Positions 1-5,689 of a stretch of 5,689 nucleotides of DNA are shown one piece after another. The stretch lies in the IMG/VR virus record IMGVR_UViG_2579779116_000017, one strand, 5' to 3'. Within the stretch, counting starts at the first letter, position 1. Every line of letters starts with the position of its first letter. A program made the position numbers and the translations under genes. The notes beneath the pieces were generated by a model that was not told the DNA's origin, did no database searches, and was given only the letters and a program-made list of their open reading frames with translations. The DNA comes from a virus. Lineage: Duplodnaviria > Heunggongvirae > Uroviricota > Caudoviricetes.

Positions 1-189
1 ATGAAAACGTTATTACCAAACGTTAATACGTCTGAAGGTTGTTTTGAAATTGGTGTCACTATCAGTAACCCAGTATTTACTGAAGATGCCATTAACAAGA
101 GAAAACAAGAACGGGAGCTATTAAATAAAATATGCATTGTTTCAATGCTGGCTCGTTTACGTCTGATGCCAAAAGGATGTGCACAATGA
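1..189 (+). CDS. Hypothetical small protein (62 aa), first gene of the + strand block
   Basis: ORF starts with ATG at position 1 and ends with TGA at 187-189. Its stop overlaps the next ATG (ATGA at 186-189), a classic translational-coupling arrangement. I recognise no family. The upstream RBS lies outside the window. Confidence 0.4.
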   Translation: MKTLLPNVNTSEGCFEIGVTISNPVFTEDAINKRKQERELLNKICIVSMLARLRLMPKGCAQ

Positions 190-377
190 ATTCAGCATTT
201 GTGCTTGTTCTGACAGTTTTTCTTGTTTCCGGAGAGCCAGTTGATATTGCAGTCAGTGTTCACAGGACAATGCAGGAGTGTATGACTGCAGCAACCGAAC
301 AGAAAATTCCCGGTAACTGTTACCCGGTCGATAAAGTTATTCACCAGGATAATATCGAAATCCCGGCAGGTCTTTAA
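186..377 (+). CDS. Hypothetical small protein (63 aa) with hydrophobic N-terminus (signal peptide or membrane anchor)
   Basis: ATG at 186 is preceded by AAGGA at 173-177 with an 8 nt spacer. Product begins MNSAFVLVLTVFLVSGEPVD, a hydrophobic stretch followed by a polar domain. The track ORF starts at ATG 132, but that ATG and the one at 177 lack a well-placed Shine-Dalgarno sequence, so 186 is preferred. Confidence 0.5.
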   Translation: MNSAFVLVLTVFLVSGEPVDIAVSVHRTMQECMTAATEQKIPGNCYPVDKVIHQDNIEIPAGL

Positions 378-469
378 AACAGTTCCGTAATAAATATCCG
401 GTTTCATTCTTATATGCCAGCAATGGCAGGGATTTGTTCATCCTTAAATCTGTCATGAGGTTAAAACAA

Positions 470-2941
470 ATGAGTAAAGTCTTTATTTGCGCCGCTATTC
501 CTGACGAACTGGCAACAAGGGAAGAAGGCGCTGTGGCTGTAGCCACAGCCATTGAAGCTGGCGACGAACGCCGTGCTCGAGCAAAATTTCACTGGCAATT
601 CCTGGAACATTATCCGGCTGCTCAGGACTGCGCTTATAAATTTATTGTCTGCGAGGATAAACCTGGCATACCCCGCCCTGCCCTCGATTCATGGGATGCT
701 GAATATATGCAGGAAAACCGCTGGGATGAGGAGTCTGCTTCTTTTGTCCCGGTTGAGACTGAATCCGATCCGATGAACGTCACTTTTGACAAGCTGGCCC
801 CTGAAGTACAGAACGCTGTCATGGTTAAGTTCGACACATGTGAAAACATCACCGTTGATATGGTTATTAGCGCACAGGAATTGTTGCAGGAAGACATGGC
901 AACATTCGACGGACATATCGTTGAAGCGTTGATGAAAATGCCAGAAGTTAACGCCATGTATCCGGAGCTTAAGTTGCACGCCATTGGGTGGGTTAAGCAT
1001 AAATGTATTCCTGGTGCTAAATGGCCCGAAATTCAGGCAGAGATGCGCATCTGGAAAAAACGTCGCGAAGGTGAACGCAAGGAAACCGGAAAATACACGT
1101 CTGTTGTTGATCTCGCCCGCGCCAGAGCCAATCAACAGTACACTGAAAATTCAACAGGAAAAATCAGCCCGGTCATTGCTGCCATTCATCGCGAATACAA
1201 GCAGACATGGAAAACACTGGATGACGAACTGGCCTACGCTCTCTGGCCTGGTGATGTGGATGCCGGAAACATTGACGGCAGCATCCATCGCTGGGCAAAA
1301 AAAGAAGTTATCGACAACGACCGCGAAGACTGGAAGCGTATCTCGGCATCAATGCGCAAACAACCTGATGCCCTTCGCTACGACCGCCAAACTATTTTTG
1401 GCCTTGTCCGTGAGCGTCCGATCGACATTCACAAAGATCCCGTAGCACTGAACAAATATATCTGCGAATACCTGACGACAAAGGGCGTGTTTGAGAATGA
1501 AGAAACAGACCTGGGCACTGTTGATGTTCTCCAGTCATCAGAAACACAAACTGATGCAGTGGAAACTGAGGTATCTGATATCCCAAAAAATGAAACCGCG
1601 CCGAAAGCTGAACCATCTGTAGAGCGTGAGGGGCCGTTCTATTTCCTCTTCGCAGATAAGGACGGAGAAAAATACGGTCGCGCAAACAAACTCTCTGGTC
1701 TGGATAAGGCACTGGCTGCTGGCGCCACTGAAATCACAAAAGAAGAATATTTTGCCCGAAAAAATGGCACATACACGGGCTTACCGCAAAATGTAGATAC
1801 CGCTGAAGATTCAGAACAACCAGAGCCGATAAAAGTTACCGCTGACGAAGTAAACAAAATTATGCAGGCAGCCAATATCAGCCAGCCTGACGCCGATAAG
1901 TTGCTTGCTGCATCACGTGGTGAATTTGTTGAAGGGATTAGTGACCCGAATGATCCGAAATGGGTTAAGGGGCTCCAGACCCGCGATTCTGTGAACCAGA
2001 ACCAGCATGAATCGGAACGGAACTACCAAAAAGCGGAACAAAACAGTCCAAATGCGTTACAAAACGAGCCAGAAACGAAACAGCCTGAACCAGTAGCGCA
2101 ACAGGAAGTGGAAAAAGTCTGCACCGCCTGCGGTCAGACCGGCGGCGGCAACTGCCCTGATTGTGGCGCGGTGATGGGCGACGCAACATACCAAGAAACA
2201 TTCGATGAAGAGTATCAGGTTGAAGTTCAGGAAGATGATCCGGAGGAAATGGAAGGCGCTGAACATCCACACAAGGAGAACACTGGCGGCAATCAGCATC
2301 ACAATAGCGATAATGAAACTGGCGAGACGGCAGATCACCCAATTAAGGTGAACGGTCATCACGAAATCACATCCACCAGCAGGACGTGTGACCATCTAAT
2401 GATCGACCTTGAAACCATGGGAAAAAATCCTGATGCCCCGATCATCTCAATAGGTGCAATATTTTTCGATCCGCAAACCGGAGATATGGGACCGGAATTT
2501 AGTAAGACTATCGATCTGGAAACTGCTGGCGGAGTCATTGATCGGGACACCATTAAATGGTGGCTGAAGCAATCACGCGAAGCGCAATCTGCCATTATGA
2601 CCGATGAAATCCCGTTAGATGATGCACTGTTACAATTGCGAGAATTTATCGACGAAAACTCCGGTGAATTTTTTGTTCAGGTCTGGGGAAATGGAGCCAA
2701 CTTCGACAACACGATTTTGCGCCGTTCATACGAACGGCAGGGGATCCCCTGCCCGTGGCGTTACTACAACGATCGCGATGTACGCACAATCGTTGAGCTG
2801 GGGAAAGCCATAGACTTCGATGCCAGAACGGCTATTCCGTTCGAAGGGGTGCGCCACAATGCACTTGATGACGCCCGTTACCAGGCAAAATACGTTTCAG
2901 CAATCTGGCAAAAACTGATCCCGAATCAGGCTGATTTTTAA
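470..2941 (+). CDS. Large phage exonuclease-family protein (~823 aa) with an uncharacterised N-terminal region, a CxxC...CxxC zinc-ribbon-like motif, an acidic/His-rich linker and a C-terminal DnaQ-like DEDDh 3'-5' exonuclease domain
   Basis: Uninterrupted 2.5 kb ORF in the exo position upstream of xis-int. The C-terminal ~180 aa carry DnaQ-like motifs: Exo I MIDLETMG, Exo II VWGNGANFDNTIL, Exo III HNALDDARYQ. A Cys cluster CTACGQTGGGNCPDCG lies at about nt 2120-2164. Start chosen at ATG 470 (MSKVF...) because of GAGG at 456-459; the track start at TTG 434 and ATG 455 are alternatives. Comparable lambdoid prophage genes are often annotated exodeoxyribonuclease VIII, but the C-terminal fold here is DEDDh, not the PD-(D/E)XK fold of Rac RecE. 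Confidence 0.8.
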   Translation: MSKVFICAAIPDELATREEGAVAVATAIEAGDERRARAKFHWQFLEHYPAAQDCAYKFIVCEDKPGIPRPALDSWDAEYMQENRWDEESASFVPVETESDPMNVTFDKLAPEVQNAVMVKFDTCENITVDMVISAQELLQEDMATFDGHIVEALMKMPEVNAMYPELKLHAIGWVKHKCIPGAKWPEIQAEMRIWKKRREGERKETGKYTSVVDLARARANQQYTENSTGKISPVIAAIHREYKQTWKTLDDELAYALWPGDVDAGNIDGSIHRWAKKEVIDNDREDWKRISASMRKQPDALRYDRQTIFGLVRERPIDIHKDPVALNKYICEYLTTKGVFENEETDLGTVDVLQSSETQTDAVETEVSDIPKNETAPKAEPSVEREGPFYFLFADKDGEKYGRANKLSGLDKALAAGATEITKEEYFARKNGTYTGLPQNVDTAEDSEQPEPIKVTADEVNKIMQAANISQPDADKLLAASRGEFVEGISDPNDPKWVKGLQTRDSVNQNQHESERNYQKAEQNSPNALQNEPETKQPEPVAQQEVEKVCTACGQTGGGNCPDCGAVMGDATYQETFDEEYQVEVQEDDPEEMEGAEHPHKENTGGNQHHNSDNETGETADHPIKVNGHHEITSTSRTCDHLMIDLETMGKNPDAPIISIGAIFFDPQTGDMGPEFSKTIDLETAGGVIDRDTIKWWLKQSREAQSAIMTDEIPLDDALLQLREFIDENSGEFFVQVWGNGANFDNTILRRSYERQGIPCPWRYYNDRDVRTIVELGKAIDFDARTAIPFEGVRHNALDDARYQAKYVSAIWQKLIPNQADF

Positions 2942-2945
2942 TGTT

Positions 2946-2982
2946 CAACTGTCGCCAGTTGTAGTTGGTATTCTGCAACTGG
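2946..2982 (+). promoter_or_regulatory. Overlapping alternative stem-loops in the exonuclease-xis intergenic region
   Basis: CAACTG (2946-2951)-tcgc-CAGTTG (2956-2961) forms a 6 bp hairpin. CCAGTTG (2955-2961) can instead pair with CAACTGG (2976-2982) across a 14 nt loop. The two structures are mutually exclusive. No U-run follows, so this is not a canonical intrinsic terminator. Confidence 0.3.
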
Positions 2983-3002
2983 CGCGTTCCGGAGTGATAG
3001 CC

Positions 3003-3272
3003 ATGAGCGAACAGTACCTGATAACGCTCGACGAGTGGAAACCCAAACGGTTCAGTCTCCCAATAACAAACACTACCCTGGTGAAATACGGAAAACTAGG
3101 ATACATCGTTCCAAGACCACAAAAAATTCGAGGGCGTTGGCTGATAGATCGCCGGGCAGTATTTGTTGGACCTGGTGAAACGGGAATTGCGCCAGAAATT
3201 CATACTGGCGATGATGATGCACTGAAGGAGATTTTAACTCATGTCACCGAGGCCACGAAAAAACAGCACTGA
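3003..3272 (+). CDS. xis: Excisionase / excisionase-like DNA-binding protein (89 aa)
   Basis: Small ORF immediately upstream of and overlapping the integrase gene, as in lambda. ATG 3003 is preceded by GGAG at 2991-2994 with an 8 nt spacer. The N-terminal sequence MSEQYLITLDEWKPKRFSLPITNTTLVKYGKLGYIVP resembles the excisionase-like family as I recall it. The track start GTG 2994 is less likely. Confidence 0.7.
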   Translation: MSEQYLITLDEWKPKRFSLPITNTTLVKYGKLGYIVPRPQKIRGRWLIDRRAVFVGPGETGIAPEIHTGDDDALKEILTHVTEATKKQH

Positions 3273-4359
3273 CGTAGCCGGTCTTTACGAAAAGTTTGAT
3301 CGCAGAACTGGCAGGGTTTACTACCAGTATAAAAACCCTGTGACTGGAAAATTTCACGGTCTCGGAACAGACAAAGGCAAAGCAGAAAAAATCGCTTCCA
3401 CAGCCAATCAGCGAATAGCTGCAGCAGAAGCTGAATATTTCATGCGCAAAATTGATGAAAGTCCGTCAGCAACAAAACGTCGGGGTATCAGATTAAAGGC
3501 ATGGGTTGATCGATATCTGAAAATACAGGACGCGCGACTGAAAAATGGAGATATTGCAGCTACAACTCACAAAGAAAAAGCCCGAATGGCTGCATACCTG
3601 GTTTCCCGTCTGGGAAACCACCCATTGAAAGAACTGGAAGTAAGAGACTTTGCATTAATACTGGATGAGTGGCTGGATAAAGACATGGTCAGCACAGCGA
3701 GAGTAAATCGTGGATTATGGGTTGATATTTATAAAGAAGCACAGCATGCAGGGGAAGTTCCTCCTGGATGGAATCCTCCGGAGGCCACCCGCAAACCGAT
3801 CCCTAAAGTCAGCAGAGCCAGACTCACCCTGGAAGACTGGCAAAAAATTTATAATGCAACGCCAGAAAAACACTTTATCCGTAACGCAATGCTTCTTGCG
3901 ATTGTTACTGGTCAGCGCCGTGATGACATTTGCCACATGCGTTTTTCAGATGTATGGAACGAACACCTGCATATCACCCAAGGGAAAACCGGAATGCGTC
4001 TGGCGTTACCGCTTACGCTACGCTGTGATGCCATTGGGATATCGCTAAAAGAAGTGATTGATGGATGCAAGGACAGAATATTGAGTCCATACCTGATTCA
4101 TAGTCGGCACCAGAAACAACCAAAACCAATGAGTAAAGATAACCTGAGCGACTACTTTGCTAAAGCGCGGGATCTGGCAGGAATAACTCCACCAGCAGGA
4201 AAAACACCACCAACATTTCATGAACAACGTTCCCTGTCAGAACGGCTGTACCGAGCACAGGATGTCGATACAAAAACATTACTGGGGCATAAAGTCCAGG
4301 CAACCACCGATCGCTATAACGATACTCGAGGTCAGGAATGGGTTAAGTTGGTTGTTTGA
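3241..4359 (+). CDS. int: Lambda-family tyrosine site-specific integrase (372 aa)
   Basis: Conserved catalytic residues line up with lambda Int: R in IVTGQRRDD, K in QGKTGMRLALP, H-x-x-R in TFHEQRSLSERL, H in LLGHK, and Y in TTDRYNDTRGQEW. The N-terminus (YYQYKNPVTGKFHGLGTDKGKA) resembles the lambda Int arm-binding domain. Strong RBS AAGGAG at 3225-3230, 10 nt before ATG 3241. The gene overlaps the xis 3' end by 32 nt. Confidence 0.95.
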   Translation: MSPRPRKNSTDVAGLYEKFDRRTGRVYYQYKNPVTGKFHGLGTDKGKAEKIASTANQRIAAAEAEYFMRKIDESPSATKRRGIRLKAWVDRYLKIQDARLKNGDIAATTHKEKARMAAYLVSRLGNHPLKELEVRDFALILDEWLDKDMVSTARVNRGLWVDIYKEAQHAGEVPPGWNPPEATRKPIPKVSRARLTLEDWQKIYNATPEKHFIRNAMLLAIVTGQRRDDICHMRFSDVWNEHLHITQGKTGMRLALPLTLRCDAIGISLKEVIDGCKDRILSPYLIHSRHQKQPKPMSKDNLSDYFAKARDLAGITPPAGKTPPTFHEQRSLSERLYRAQDVDTKTLLGHKVQATTDRYNDTRGQEWVKLVV

Positions 4360-4385
4360 CAAAAATAACCATCCGGGATTATAGT
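4356..4385 (+). promoter_or_regulatory. Near-consensus sigma70 promoter (TTGACA-N18-TATAGT) overlapping the int stop codon
   Basis: Exact -35 hexamer TTGACA at 4356-4361, then an 18 nt spacer and TATAGT at 4380-4385 (5 of 6 matches to TATAAT). Predicted transcription start is around 4392. Confidence 0.45.
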
Positions 4386-4391
4386 CTGCGC

Positions 4392-4468
4392 ACGCCAGCA
4401 AAATCTGGCGTCGGGATTGGCGTCCCGGATAGAAACCGCGACAGACACACGCCGCGAGTGTGTTTTTT
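4392..4468 (+). ncRNA. Candidate small RNA (~75 nt, three hairpins) bounded by the promoter and an intrinsic terminator
   Basis: Hairpin 1: CGCCAG-caaaat-CTGGCG (4393-4410). Hairpin 2: CGGGA-ttggcg-TCCCG (4412-4427). Hairpin 3 is the terminator. No RBS or plausible start codon lies inside. Not matched to any sRNA I know, so this is purely a structural prediction. Confidence 0.3.
4445..4468 (+). terminator. Rho-independent terminator (int-operon terminator and/or sRNA 3' end)
   Basis: ACACAC (4445-4450) pairs with GTGTGT (4458-4463) around a 7 nt loop GCCGCGA, followed by a T-run at 4463-4468. The stem is short (6 bp), so strength is moderate. On the - strand no U-run follows. Confidence 0.5.
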
Positions 4469-4567
4469 ATTGTCGTATGCGCACGCACATCTGAATTATG
4501 GTGGGCTGTGTGGGGGCACCGAAAGGTGCGCCGGTTGGTTTCCCGGTTACGCCAACCCTGCACAGTT

Positions 4568-4598
4568 CACCACCAGACGATTGGCGTCGTCGGTGGTG
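4568..4598 (+). other. Long stable stem-loop (12 bp with one bulged A, hexaloop TTGGCG) in the int-distal part of the intergenic region
   Basis: CACCACC (4568-4574) pairs with GGTGGTG (4592-4598). The inner stem is GACGA (4576-4580) with TCGTC (4587-4591), and the loop is TTGGCG (4581-4586). Same loop sequence as hairpin 2 of the candidate sRNA. Confidence 0.4.
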
Positions 4599-4629
4599 AG
4601 TTATTTAGAAACCACCCGAGGGCGTCATT

Positions 4630-5184
4630 ATGACAACTCAAATCTCTGTTGAAACTCTCTCCCCGATCACTCATAACCAGATCCCTGTTATTACCACTGA
4701 ACTTTTGGCGCAGCTTTACGGTACAGAAGCGATTCGCATTCAGCAAAATCACAAACGCAACTCGGATCGCTTTGTTGAGGGAAAGCACTTTTTCAAAATT
4801 GTGGGTGAGGAGCTAAAAAATTTGCGACTATCTTTAAGAGAGTCACAAATATCTCCCAAAACCCGCTCGCTCATCCTCTGGACAGAACGCGGAGCAGCCC
4901 GCCACGCCAAAATGCTGGAAACCGATCAGGCGTGGGAAGTGTTCGAAAAACTGGAAGACTGTTATTTCAATAAGAAACAACCTCCAGCATCGCCGCAAAC
5001 CACATCAGTTGCCGGTTGTTCGGTGTTGATCCATTTCAATAGCCACGGTCAGGTTGAGTTCACGGAAAAAGTCCCAGCCGACGCAATGGTGTGCACCCTG
5101 GAGCGTTTTAAGTTTTATCTGGAACAGCAAGGCTGGATAGTTGCCCGTAAGGAGCAACTGTTAGAAAGGTTAATGTCGCTTTAG
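4630..5184 (+). CDS. Phage regulatory protein with N-terminal Bro-N/ORF6N/Rha-like (antirepressor-type) DNA-binding domain (184 aa)
   Basis: ATG 4630 is preceded by GAGG at 4619-4622 with a 7 nt spacer. The N-terminal region ITTELLAQLYGTEAIRIQQNHKRNSDRFVEGKHFFKIVGEELKNL...LILWTERGAARHAKMLETDQAWEVFEKLEDCYF matches the conserved pattern of the ORF6N/Rha family as I recall it. The C-terminal ~70 aa are not recognised. Confidence 0.8.
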   Translation: MTTQISVETLSPITHNQIPVITTELLAQLYGTEAIRIQQNHKRNSDRFVEGKHFFKIVGEELKNLRLSLRESQISPKTRSLILWTERGAARHAKMLETDQAWEVFEKLEDCYFNKKQPPASPQTTSVAGCSVLIHFNSHGQVEFTEKVPADAMVCTLERFKFYLEQQGWIVARKEQLLERLMSL

Positions 5185-5191
5185 CTAATGC

Positions 5192-5215
5192 AAAAACCCC
5201 GGCATAGCCGGGGTT
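5192..5215. terminator. Bidirectional Rho-independent terminator between convergent genes
   Basis: GC-rich 7 bp stem CCCCGGC (5197-5203) with GCCGGGG (5207-5213) and loop ATA. It is flanked by AAAAA (5192-5196), which gives a U-run on the - strand transcript, and by TT on the + side. It sits between stop codons at 5184 (+) and 5222 (-). Confidence 0.7.
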
Positions 5216-5221
5216 CGGAGA

Positions 5222-5689
5222 CTAATCTTGATCAGGTTCCTGCTTAGAATAATGTTTTCCAACAATAAATGCCGTAACCAATGCAACAAGATCTACTGAA
5301 ACGAGTGTTACAGCAAGACCTGTTTGTCCCCTCGCGCCAAAAAAGACGGCTGCCAGTATGATAATCAGCGCAATACAGAAAGCCATTTTCTGACCATTTC
5401 TTGTGATCTTTATACTATCAGCGACTGTTTTATGGCGATGAGCTTGCTCTTTTTCCGTCAATTCAACGAGTCGATTTGCAAGCCCAGGAATCAATTGCTC
5501 ATACTCTTTCAGCATTGATGGCGGAGGAACCGGCCCCTGAAAATGCTGGCAAACAATGGCTCGCCCTTGCGGGCTATCCAAAACCCGATTTAAAACCTCT
5601 GGATTCTCGATTACTCGAGAAACCAGTTCGTTATCTTTTTGTTCTTCACTGGTGAGTTCAGCATTCTCACTTTCTTTTTGATCTGGCAT
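5222..5689 (-). CDS. Small membrane protein (155 aa): acidic soluble N-terminal domain plus C-terminal two-helix transmembrane hairpin
   Basis: ORF begins at the window edge (reverse complement ATG at 5687-5689) and stops at 5222. The C-terminus has two hydrophobic segments, MAFCIALIIILAAVFFGA and LAVTLVSVDLVALVTAFIVG, separated by RGQTG. The N-terminus is Glu/Asp-rich. Promoter and RBS are outside the window. Confidence 0.7.
   Translation of the reverse strand: MPDQKESENAELTSEEQKDNELVSRVIENPEVLNRVLDSPQGRAIVCQHFQGPVPPPSMLKEYEQLIPGLANRLVELTEKEQAHRHKTVADSIKITRNGQKMAFCIALIIILAAVFFGARGQTGLAVTLVSVDLVALVTAFIVGKHYSKQEPDQD

Larger units (their letters stand above)
1..4629 (+). mobile_element. Lambdoid prophage segment: recombination/integration module with putative attachment region after int
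   Basis: Co-directional gene order small ORFs, exonuclease, xis, int matches the leftward early operon terminus of lambda-like phages. In an integrated lambda-type prophage int lies next to attL. The true prophage boundary cannot be fixed from this window alone. Confidence 0.7.

Noticed and set aside
192-552. - strand ORFs 192-407 and 337-552 opposite the small + strand genes
   Set aside because: Antisense to a co-directional, tightly packed + strand operon. No supporting signals.
634-2595. Several - strand ORFs (634-984, 689-1135, 1392-1712, 1639-1875, 1965-2342, 2057-2395, 2359-2595) and alternative-frame + strand ORFs (552-776, 984-1445) inside the large exonuclease gene
   Set aside because: They lie entirely within a long, well-supported CDS, have no recognisable products and no convincing RBS. 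Most likely antisense or off-frame artefacts.
2619-2813. Short + strand ORF in an alternative frame within the DEDDh domain region
   Set aside because: Embedded in the exonuclease CDS; the in-frame exonuclease motifs explain the coding signal.
470-2941. Calling the large protein RecE (exodeoxyribonuclease VIII of Rac)
   Set aside because: The C-terminal nuclease motifs are DnaQ-like DEDDh, whereas RecE has a lambda-Exo-like PD-(D/E)XK domain. No recT-like gene is adjacent. No gene symbol assigned.
3710-4227. ORFs 3710-4048 (+), 3715-3936 (-) and 4045-4227 (-) overlapping int
   Set aside because: They fall inside the integrase gene, whose frame contains all conserved catalytic motifs. Judged spurious.
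4471-4500. Possible sigma70 promoter (TTGTCG-N18-AATTAT) for the Bro-N/ORF6N-like gene
   Set aside because: Only 4/6 matches in each hexamer. Too weak to call from sequence alone.
4400-4600. CRISPR array or type III toxin-antitoxin RNA repeat array
   Set aside because: The repeats are short (6-10 nt), irregularly spaced and not tandem units of constant length with spacers. No cas or toxN-like gene follows.
4480-4620. Possible tRNA or tmRNA 3' end as integration target
   Set aside because: No cloverleaf could be built. No T-loop-like TTCRA motif flanked by a 5 bp stem on either strand, and no tmRNA-like 3' end. The hairpins are better explained as att or regulatory structure.
4279-4788. ORFs 4279-4563 (-), 4356-4652 (+, TTG start) and 4567-4788 (-) spanning the intergenic region
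   Set aside because: No RBS. The + ORF begins at a TTG overlapping the int stop and runs through an intrinsic terminator. The region is GC-rich and hairpin-dense, which produces long accidental ORFs. Better explained as non-coding.
5324-5518. + strand ORF inside the - strand membrane-protein gene
   Set aside because: Embedded antisense ORF. The - strand frame has a coherent domain layout (soluble domain plus two TM helices).

Overview
The window looks like the integration-proximal end of a lambda-family (lambdoid) prophage in an enterobacterial-type genome. On the + strand, tightly packed: two small translationally coupled ORFs, a large (~820 aa) multidomain gene ending in a DnaQ-like DEDDh 3'-5' exonuclease domain, an excisionase (xis) and a lambda-type tyrosine integrase (int) with all catalytic residues. 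Downstream of int is a ~270 bp GC-rich, hairpin-dense non-coding region (4360-4629), the most unusual part of the window. It holds a near-consensus sigma70 promoter overlapping the int stop codon, an intrinsic terminator ~80 nt further on (together delimiting a possible small RNA), repeated GGCGTC/TTGGCG motifs, and two hairpins with the same hexaloop but different stems. It is the most likely location of the attachment site. Beyond it lie a Bro-N/ORF6N/Rha-like phage regulatory gene (+) and, convergent with it across a bidirectional terminator, a small two-TM membrane protein gene (-). The window begins with ATG and ends with the reverse complement of ATG, so it appears to be cut at gene starts. 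No tRNA, rRNA, CRISPR array or IS element was recognised. All calls rest on reading the sequence and the ORF track; no database search was run.
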